A DNA stretch of 33,208 nt from a virus (taxonomy: Duplodnaviria; Caudoviricetes): IMG/VR virus record IMGVR_UViG_3300032226_000397, positions 1-33,208 of that record. One strand, written 5' to 3'. The notes under the pieces are model-generated. The model did not search any database. It worked only from the letters and a program-made list of their open reading frames with translations, and was not told the origin of the DNA. The stretch's first letter is position 1, and each line of letters opens with the position of its first letter. This document shows positions 17,714 through 26,800 of this stretch, piece after piece. The translations under genes were made by a program, and so were the position numbers.

Positions 17714-18390
17714 TGCGTATATCTCTTAACACCACAAGTTTTGAAAAACAAATGAACAATATTGTTAAATACTCTTCAGGATTTTTAGAAGGTGCACAAA
17801 AAGGCAAAACTATTTTTCTTCAAAATCTTGGAAGAGAAACCATTGACTTTATGAAAAATTATGTTGACATTTCTGCACGAAGCAATCCCGAAGCATTGCA
17901 TCATGTTTACGAATGGTACCAAACAGGAAGTCCAAATGCTCGCCTATTTGATTTAAACTATACAGTAAGCAATCTAGGTTTATCAATTTCTGGAACATTT
18001 AGACAATCAAACTCTATACAAACAAACTCAAGAGTGCCATTTTACAATAAAGCAACAATTATGGAACAAGGAATTCCTGTAAAGATAGTACCTAAAAAAT
18101 CATCTGTTCTTGTTTTTGAGCAAGATGGAGAAACTGTCTTTACAAAGCAACCAGTCAATGTAAGTAATCCTGGCGGAGATGCTGTCCAAGGATCTTTTGA
18201 AAAGGTTATTGATCAATTTATATTATTGTATTTTAAACAATCATTTTTAAGAGCATCAGGACTTTATGACTACATAAATAAACCAACAGTTTATAAAAGA
18301 AATATTGCTCAGGGAGCAAGGCTTGGAAAGGCTGCAGGATTTTCAACGGGATTTAAATGGATTGCTAATGCAAAGATTGGTGTAGAATAG
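17713..18390 (+). CDS. Putative neck/tail completion protein (225 aa)
   Basis: Position between the closure and terminator-position genes; TAATG coupling; ATIMEQG motif. Confidence 0.5.
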   Translation: MRISLNTTSFEKQMNNIVKYSSGFLEGAQKGKTIFLQNLGRETIDFMKNYVDISARSNPEALHHVYEWYQTGSPNARLFDLNYTVSNLGLSISGTFRQSNSIQTNSRVPFYNKATIMEQGIPVKIVPKKSSVLVFEQDGETVFTKQPVNVSNPGGDAVQGSFEKVIDQFILLYFKQSFLRASGLYDYINKPTVYKRNIAQGARLGKAAGFSTGFKWIANAKIGVE

Positions 18391-18394
18391 GAAA

Positions 18395-18934
18395 ATGGCA
18401 ACAGTATCGCAAACAGCATTTCCACCAAACTATATTGGGAAATATATTCAGGCTCAACTACAAGAGTTTGGCATCTTGACTGGCCAAGAGCAGTTTGATC
18501 TAGTTGTTCCAGCCACAAGCCCAACCAACATAGAAGAACTGTATGGTAATTATCTTGGGGCACCAGGCAATGAATCTCCAGTATTAATTATGTATGACAG
18601 AATGGCAAGATATAGACCAAGCCCTTTCTATAGGCACAAAAGAGAGCAACTTATATATACCGTATATTCAAACAGTCTTGATAATGTATATAATGTGATG
18701 AGAATTATTACTGAGGCTTTGGATAGACAAGATGCCTCTGCTGAAGATGTAAATAAATGGGTTAAGGATAACCTGCCCATAGAAGATCCAAAAAATGTAT
18801 TTTTTCATAGATTTAAGGCTTTCCAGATTGACGAGACTAGGGATTTGCTAGAGTTAGCCTCCGTCAGGCTTTCCTTTGTTAATAAGATTATTATTGAATA
18901 TGACTACCACACCACAGACTCATATTATAACTAA
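18395..18934 (+). CDS. Putative tail terminator protein (179 aa)
   Basis: Directly upstream of the major tail gene; size fits. The call rests on synteny. Confidence 0.5.
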   Translation: MATVSQTAFPPNYIGKYIQAQLQEFGILTGQEQFDLVVPATSPTNIEELYGNYLGAPGNESPVLIMYDRMARYRPSPFYRHKREQLIYTVYSNSLDNVYNVMRIITEALDRQDASAEDVNKWVKDNLPIEDPKNVFFHRFKAFQIDETRDLLELASVRLSFVNKIIIEYDYHTTDSYYN

Positions 18935-18940
18935 AAACGC

Positions 18941-18949
18941 TGATATAAT
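18941..18949 (+). promoter_or_regulatory. Extended -10 promoter TGaTATAAT for the major tail gene
   Basis: Intergenic; followed by an A-rich leader and GAGGTG RBS before the ATG at 19012. Confidence 0.65.
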
Positions 18950-19011
18950 TATGCTTGAGGAAACAAACGCCAAACAACTTAATAATTCTATTTAGAAAAA
19001 GAGGTGAATTA

Positions 19012-19650
19012 ATGCCATATAGCCGTGGAAGTTCGACCAACATCATCGTTGGTGCAGCAGCACTTTTTGTTGCCGATACAACACTTACTCCAAATACTTT
19101 GGAGACCTTTAGCACAGAAGTTTCTTTTAGAGAAACTCTTGCTAATGATGCAGCCTATACTAACGTAGGTTACACAATGAACGGTTTAGAGTTGCAGTTC
19201 CAACCAGACTTCGGTGAAGTTCAGGTAGACCAAATTCTTGACGTTGCAAAACTTTACAAGCAGGGTATGCAGGTTAACCTAGCAACAGCATTTGCTGAAG
19301 CAACATTGGAAAACCTTCTTCTTGCACTAGCATTCTCTGATGAACAACTTACTGGAAACAAGGCCACACACACAGGAAAGGTTATGAACCTTTCTGCAGG
19401 TGAACTAGGCGAATGCCCAGTAGAGCGTGGTATCGTTGCAGTTGGTCCAGGTACAGGTGACTGTGCTACATCTGCAGACGTAGAGCGTGTTTACACTGCT
19501 TACCGTGCACTTTCAATTGAAAATGTTACAGTATCAGCAAAGCGTGATGAGGCTTCAATGTTCGAAGTTTCATTCCGTCTACTTCCAGAGGATTCTTCTG
19601 GATCATATGGAAAGATCGTAGACCGTACTTTCGGAGATACACTTTCATAA
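19012..19650 (+). CDS. Major tail (tube) protein (212 aa)
   Basis: NIIVGAAALF, NVGYTMNGLEL, VQVDQILD, AEATLENL and FEVSFRLLP motifs typical of siphovirus tubes; RBS GAGGTG at 19001-19006 supports a start at 19012 rather than 18955. Confidence 0.88.
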   Translation: MPYSRGSSTNIIVGAAALFVADTTLTPNTLETFSTEVSFRETLANDAAYTNVGYTMNGLELQFQPDFGEVQVDQILDVAKLYKQGMQVNLATAFAEATLENLLLALAFSDEQLTGNKATHTGKVMNLSAGELGECPVERGIVAVGPGTGDCATSADVERVYTAYRALSIENVTVSAKRDEASMFEVSFRLLPEDSSGSYGKIVDRTFGDTLS

Positions 19651-19667
19651 TTTGAAAAAATCAACCT

Positions 19668-19704
19668 AGCCCGTCTTCTTAATTGAGGGCGGGCTTTGTT
19701 GTTT
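19668..19704 (+). terminator. Intrinsic terminator after the major tail gene
   Basis: AGCCCGTCTTC-ttaatt-GAGGGCGGGCT (with G-U pairs) followed by TTGTTGTTT. Confidence 0.75.
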
Positions 19705-19705
19705 G

Positions 19706-19714
19706 TGGTAGAAT
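19706..19714 (+). promoter_or_regulatory. Extended -10 promoter TGgTAGAAT
   Basis: Directly after the terminator; 9 nt upstream of the ATG at 19724, no Shine-Dalgarno. Confidence 0.6.
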
Positions 19715-19723
19715 AGAATGAGT

Positions 19724-20419
19724 ATGGCTACAACAATATATAAAAGTGCTATTATTCATTTATTTGACGGCACAGAATTAGAAATTACTCCTTTAAAGAT
19801 TAAATATCTTCGTGAATTTATGACTGCGTTTGATAATGTTAAAACAACCAAAAATGATGATGAGGCAATTGCTGCGCTTGTAGAGTGTGTAAGAATATGT
19901 ATGAAACAATACTATCCACAAATATCAAAAACCACTGACGATATAGAAAATAGTATTGACTTAAAAACTATTTATGAGGTTTTAGATATTGCTGCAGGAA
20001 TTAAAATTAATAAAAAATCAGAAGAACCAGTAAAAGATCAAGCAGAAAAAAGCGGGGATACCTGGGAAACACTTGATTTAGCAAAACTAGAATCGGAAGT
20101 ATTTTTGCTGGGTATATGGAAAGACTACCAAGAACTAGAACTGTCTCTATCTATGCCAGAACTTATGGCAACACTAGAAGTAGGCAGAGAGTTAGATTAC
20201 TCAGAAAAGAAATTTATGGCTGCTATTCAAGGTGTAGATTTAGACAAGGAATCTGGAAAAGATAGAGGACAGCAAGAATGGGAAGATATGAAGGCCAGAG
20301 TCTTTAGTGGTGGACAAACTAATGACTCAAACGATGTTTTATCTTTGCAAGGACCAAAAGCCCAGAAACTAGGGTTTGGTATCGGCATGGGTCTTGATTA
20401 TGAAGACCTAACAAAATAG
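19724..20419 (+). CDS. Tail assembly chaperone, long (GT-like) form (231 aa)
   Basis: Lies between the tube and TMP genes; the first ~95 aa align with 20462-20794; start placed at MATT by that paralogy (ORF track: 19718). Confidence 0.7.
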   Translation: MATTIYKSAIIHLFDGTELEITPLKIKYLREFMTAFDNVKTTKNDDEAIAALVECVRICMKQYYPQISKTTDDIENSIDLKTIYEVLDIAAGIKINKKSEEPVKDQAEKSGDTWETLDLAKLESEVFLLGIWKDYQELELSLSMPELMATLEVGRELDYSEKKFMAAIQGVDLDKESGKDRGQQEWEDMKARVFSGGQTNDSNDVLSLQGPKAQKLGFGIGMGLDYEDLTK

Positions 20420-20427
20420 CATGTTTA

Positions 20428-20436
20428 TGCTATAAT
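20428..20436 (+). promoter_or_regulatory. Extended -10 promoter TGcTATAAT
   Basis: Intergenic; followed by AGGAGG and the ATG at 20462. Confidence 0.7.
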
Positions 20437-20461
20437 TAACTAAGCCTATATAGGAGGAAAA

Positions 20462-20794
20462 ATGGCAACAACAGTACATGAGGGTGAAGAACTTATTCTC
20501 ATGGATGGTTCAAAGATTAAGGTACGTCCACTTAAGATTTCTTTGCTCCGTCCATTTATGAAGAAGTTTGAACAGGTAGCAGCAGTGGCAGAAGATAATG
20601 AAAAGTCTATGACTCTTCTTATTGAATGTGTACAAATCGCTATGGAACAATATAAGCCAGAACTTGCTAAAGATTTAAATGCTTTAGAAGAGATTATGGA
20701 CCTTCCAACGGTCTACAAGGTAATTGAGGCTGCTTCGGGAGTCAAACTTACTGATGCAAATTCTTTGCTGAACACAGTTCTTGCAAACAATTAA
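20462..20794 (+). CDS. Tail assembly chaperone, short (G-like) form (110 aa)
   Basis: Directly upstream of the TMP; strong RBS; paralog of the N-terminal half of the preceding gene. Confidence 0.72.
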   Translation: MATTVHEGEELILMDGSKIKVRPLKISLLRPFMKKFEQVAAVAEDNEKSMTLLIECVQIAMEQYKPELAKDLNALEEIMDLPTVYKVIEAASGVKLTDANSLLNTVLANN

Positions 20795-20811
20795 ATAAAG
20801 AGGTGACATAG

Positions 20812-23800
20812 ATGAGTGATGTTAATGCCAATATTGGCGTACATATTGATACGTCGTCCGCATTAACAGAACTTAAAAATCTACAGCGTCAACTTGCAAA
20901 TTTTCATGCATCAATAGCAAAAACTAGTTCGGCAGCAGCAGCAGCACAACGGGGATTACAAACCAACCTCTTAAATTCTATCAATGCTACAGGCAAATTT
21001 ACTGCCACAATGGGCAATGTTAGAAGTTCTACGGAGTCATTTACTCACGCATTAGAGTCTAATAAACTTTCAATGCGTGAGTATTTCCGTTATGCTGGCG
21101 GAGCATCAAAATCTTTTGGAAAATTATTTAGACAAGAGTTTGACACAATCGGCAAGGTAGCAGAAGATCGTGTCAAGAAAATGCAGACCCAGTATATTAA
21201 GATGGGCCGTGATGCTAACGGTGCTATAAAGGCTATGGCCATTACGCCTACTACTCTTAATATGCAGGACTATGGTACAAAGACAGCCATCGCAGCACAA
21301 AAACAAGCACTGTTTAATCAGTTAATGAAACAGGGTTCTACTAATCTTTTAAATTTTGGTAAGAATACCCAGTGGGCTGGTCGCCAGTTGATGGTTGGTT
21401 TTACAATACCTTTGGCTATGCTAGGAACTACCGCTGCTAAAACATTTATGGATCTTGAAGCACAGGCAATTAAGTTTAAGCGTGTTTATGGAGACATGTT
21501 TACAACTTCTGATGAAACCAATAAAGCATTAGAAGATGTTCAGAAGTTAGCAGAAGGATTTACAAAGTACGGCGTTGCAGTAACAAAGACCATGGAAATG
21601 GCAGCATCTGCTGCTGCAATGGGTAAGACTGGGGCAGATCTTACAGCACAAGTAGCAGAAGCAACTAGGCTTGCAGTACTTGGTGGAGTCGAGCAAGAAC
21701 AAGCGCTTGAAACAACTATATCTCTTACAAATGCTTTTGGTATAGCAGCAGAAGATCTTGCATCAAAAATTGACTTTCTTAACTCTGTAGAAAACCAAAC
21801 AATTGTATCTATTGAAGATTTAACAATTGCTATTCCAAAAGCGGGTCCAGTTGTAAAGCAACTTGGTGGAGATGTACAAGATCTAGCATTCTTCCTAACT
21901 GCAATGAAAGAAGGTGGAATTAACGCATCAGAAGGTGCTAACGCATTGAAGTCTGGTCTTGCACCTTTAATTAACCCATCTGAAAAAGCATCAAAGTTTT
22001 TAGCAAGTCTTGGCGTAAACATTAAGGGAATTGTAGAAGGAAATCAAGGAGACATTAGAGGAACAGTAATTGCTTTTTCTCAAGCACTTGATACCCTTGA
22101 TCCACTAAACCGTGCTCGTGCAATTGAGCAGTTATTTGGTAAATTTCAGTTCTCACGTCTATCAACATTGTTTCAAAATGTTACAAAAGATGGAACACAG
22201 GCTGCAAAGGTTTTAGAACTTGCAGGAGCGTCTGTTGAACAACTTGCAATTTTGTCTGAGCGAGAATTAAAAACAGTAGAAAATGCTATTGGCACACAGT
22301 TTAAGTCAGCAGTAGAAGAACTTAGGTTAGCAATTGCCCCAATAGGAAAAACATTTTTACAAGCAGTTACTCCAATTGTTGAAGTTATTGGAAACTTACT
22401 CGAAAAATTTAATGGGCTAAGTGATGGAACTAAAAAGTTTATTGTTGTAGCAACAACTATTGTAGGAGGAATTGGCCCTATTCTATTGATGACATTCGGT
22501 CTTCTTGCTAACGGTATAGCAAATATAGTTAAACTATTTCTTGCATTACGTGGTGGATTCTTACGACTTGGTGGCAATAGCAAAATTCTTGCAGAACAAA
22601 CAAGTTATCTTAACACAGAACAACTAGAGTCTGCAACAGTAGCAGCATCTCTTAATCAAGCACATACACGACTTACTCAATCATTTACAGCAGAAGCCTC
22701 AGCAGTAAAAGCCTTAAGAGCCGCTTATGTTGACGCAACCATTGCAGCCTCAAACTTTGCTAGAGCAAATCCAGGAATGATGATGCCTGTAAGAGGCAAA
22801 GCACCAAAGAAGTTTGCACAGGGTACAACTGGATTACCAGGGCCAAGGGGTGCAGGAGACATTATTCCTATTCTTGGAGCACCTGGAGAAGCAATTATTC
22901 CAGCAAATGTTGCACAAGATGATAGATTTAAACCAATTATTAGTGCAATGGTTAATGGAACATTACAAGGATTTGAATCTGGTACTGAAAACCTTAAAAA
23001 GAAATCAACCAGAATGTCTAGCCCTACTCAAAAATCACATGTTGGTACTGGTAAAGAAGTTCCGATATCTGAAATTTTACAATCACCAAATCTTACAGAT
23101 CTTAATAAAAAGAAATTAGAAGCATTTCAACAAATTTTAAAGGCAAATGGATTACCAGCAACCACAACTGTTCACCATAGCCTTATGTACGAATTTAATA
23201 AAGACTTTAACAGAGCCATGGCTGGTTCTGGTATTCCTACAGCAGACTTTTTAGCAGAGTGGGACAAACTAGGAACAACTAAATGGTCGGCATCTGGAAT
23301 TTCTCAATTTGATGCAAGAACAGTAGATAATTTAATGTCTGATATTATTAAAGAAGAAAAACCTGCAAAAATAACTGACGATTATGTAGAAAAAATATTT
23401 GCTAAGACAATACCAGAAAAGTATCCAGAAGTTGCAAACTCTACAACATATAGGAGAATGGCTGCTTTACATCAAAACTTAGAAGACTTTAGACTAGGTA
23501 AAGGACTTAAGGGCACGGTTGCAGAAACAACTGCCGTATTAGAAAAGGCAAAAGCAGCGGGAGCAATTAAAGATTTTAGTGTTCTTCCAACAAAAGATAA
23601 TGACCTAGATACAAAAGGAAGGCTTATAACTGGAACGATTAATGTTACAGACAACAATGGTAACAGTATTGCTCTTGGAAGAGGCAGCAGTGGTGATCGT
23701 ATTACAACATCTCGACAAGTTGTAAACGCACAAATAGAAGCAATTAAACAAGAAAAAAATAAAAAAGGTGGTAAAAGCCTTTTTGACCGTGAAGCGGAAA

Positions 23801-26800
23801 TAAAAAAGATTGCTTTAGAAACAAACAAGAGTCCACTTAAAAATGAAATACCAGAAAAATATGTAAGACAAGTAGAAAAAACTACAGGATTTAGTTTTAC
23901 TGCTGCACCAGGAATTGGTGGAGTCTATGAAAAATCAGATGGCAGTCGTGTATTTGTTAAACCAGCCATGGACTATAAGTCTGCAATTGCAGAACAAAGA
24001 GCAATTCAAATTGCAAGAAGCCAAGGGCTAGATACACCGTCTCAAACTATAAAAACAATGATTGATCCTACAGATGTGCAAGGAAAAAGAAAACTTATTA
24101 TTCTTGAGTCTCCATTTGATGATCGCTTTAATCCTGCTAAAATGCAAAACACTTTTTCTAAAGATGAATACTTTAAGCAACTTGTTGCATCATCTCTTCG
24201 TGGCGATAGTGATCTAAAGCGAGGAAATCTTTCAGGAAATATTTTGGCAGATGTTGGTGCTGCTGGAGTATTTGATACAGCATCTGGAACTAGGGATTAC
24301 TCAAAGAACATGCGCTCTATGGAAGAGCAAGCAAGAATTAATCTTGGTGGAGAAAAGGGTGGACAGAAGTTCTTTCGTGAAACAACTGCTAACATACCAC
24401 AAAGTATGACTGCTGATGAATATCATAATAGGGTTATTCAAGAGATAGACCGCACCCTTCCTAAACTTCAACAAACAATTGCAGGTTTTGATTTAGATCC
24501 AAATGAACGTAAAGTATATCAAGCAATGATTGATAGACTTAAGGCTGGTAAAAATGTTGACTGGAGACAGTTCCATAAGTTACACTCATCAGTCCTTGTT
24601 GCAAAAGATGAATCTTTCCAAGATAAGAAAACTGGTAAAGTTACAAAGATTAAGGGAGAGCCAAAACCAAGCGGTGTAAAGCCTTCTAGTGGTAAGTTAG
24701 TAGATAATACTCTAACCACAATTCCAAAGGGCAAAAGAGTTGTTAAAACTCCAACAAAACGAGTTGGCAAATTTATTGTACCTGGGCTAGCAAATGCTCC
24801 AGAAGCAACTGGAATTTCTGTTGATAGCGCTTCACAGTCCGTAAGACTCAAGAGAGCACAAGTAATTGCTGCTACCGAAGGAATAAGTTTAAATGCAGGA
24901 AAGAAAAAGGCTGCTGCAGAAGAAAAATATGCTAACTCTTTAGATAAATCTAGCAAAGTTATAAATGAATCTACTAAAAACTTTACAAACTTTAGCAATA
25001 AAGCAAATTTAGGTATAGGAGCAGTTACTGGTTTAACAGTAGCAGCATCTTTTGCTGAAGGTAAAATTGGTGAGATGGCTCAAAAGATTATGCCATTTGT
25101 ATTTGGTATTCAAGGCATTACTATGTTGTTACCATTACTTGCTAACCCTTGGGTAGCATTCATAGCAGCCGTTGCTGTTGTAGGTGGCGCTATGTGGAAG
25201 ATGGCTAAAGATGTTGAAGATGCTAGAAAAGAAGGTGTAAATCTTGCTAAAGCAATGAATATGACTTCTGAAAAATTACAAGACCTTTCAGTTTTAACAG
25301 GCACAGTTAGTGCCTCAGAAGAAGCAAATAGAAAACGTCAGGGTGTCCTTACTGGAGAAGATGCTGTTCAAAGAAAATTTGGTCAAAATATTCTTGGTAG
25401 TGAATTTGGAAAAAGCCTTATTGCAGATATTGAAAAACAAGCAAAGTCTGGACAAGGCATTAAAGAAATCGGCAGAAACATTTCTAATAGTCTTGCTTAT
25501 GCAGTTGTTCAAGGTGTTATAACAACGAATCAAGCAAAAAGCATTTCGTCTGCATTAGGTGAAGAATTAAAAAGTTATGAAATTCCAGCAATTATTAGCG
25601 GTAGGCTAACAACACTTCTTGGTCCTAATGGAGAAAATTTAGCAACAGATCCACTAAAGATTACTCTTGCAATTCAAGAAGAGTCTATGACAAGGCAAGC
25701 AGACTTCTTTAAATCTGCTCTTGAACAATCAATCAGCACTACAACTTTTACTAACTTAGGTCAAGTTATTGGTGGGTCAATAGTTGCAGCAATAGGTGGA
25801 ACAATAGCCGTAGGAACAGGATTCACTGGTGTCGGAGCAGTAACAGGTGGTGCTATTGCAGCAGCAGGTGGAACAATTGTAGGCCAGGGATTATCTGATC
25901 AGAATAAACGTAAAGAAGTAAATGCAAAACTTGGAGCAGCAGCACTACAACTTGGTCTAGAACAAGTAACAATGAATAATGGTTTAGTTGACTCACTAAA
26001 TAAACAATATGATATTAAAATTAAAATGGCAAAAACAGATGCCGAAGTTCAAAAAATTGAATTAGAAAGAAGAGCAGCACTAGAAACTTTTAATGCTAAA
26101 AATGCAGAAGCCCTTAATCTTCTTATTGCACAAAAAGATGCTTTTGGTCCCGAAATATTTACAAAAGGAATTAATGCAGCAGTAGACTCACTTTACAAAG
26201 AAGGGCCAATGAAAGTTTTTGCTGATGAGGCAAAGAAAGCGCTAGAGGGCGTTGCAGATGCAGACTTTAAGGCAATGCTACAAGTTCAATTTGCTAGTGG
26301 ATCACTTGATCCTATAGTTATTACAAAACTTGCCAATAACCAAGAATTACAAAGCCAATTTAAACTAATGGTTGAAACAAGTGGAAGCGAAGAGGCTAAT
26401 GTCTTAATGCAACTTCTTGTAAAGTCAGGAGCATCAGATACAAATTTGCCAATCTTTATGGATCTTATAAATAAAGATCCAAAGAATTTTAAGAAAAATA
26501 TGGAAGCAATTTCAATTCTTGCTAACATGCAACAAAAATATGGAATAACTATTAATATTAATGATGACGGTGTAACACAAATTAAAGAAGTTGCTGCAAT
26601 TACTGAAAAATTAGCAGGCATTCCTGAAGAAGAGTTATCAAAAAAATTATTTTTTGAACTTGGCATTGTTGGTGATTTGACTGCAGAGGAGTTTGATTCT
26701 CTATGGACAAGTCTTGTTGGTACATCAAAAACAATTAATAAATCTGTCATAATTGATTTTGTTGCTGCGGGAGATGAAAATGTTATTAGTGCTTATATGG

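Noticed and set aside
18955-19011. N-terminal extension of the major tail protein given in the ORF track
   Set aside because: The TTG start lacks support; GAGGTG directly precedes ATG 19012, so this stretch is more likely 5' leader.
19724-20811. Programmed frameshift in the tail chaperone region
   Set aside because: The long form is already one open frame and the short gene is followed by the TMP after only 17 nt, leaving no separate T frame to shift into.
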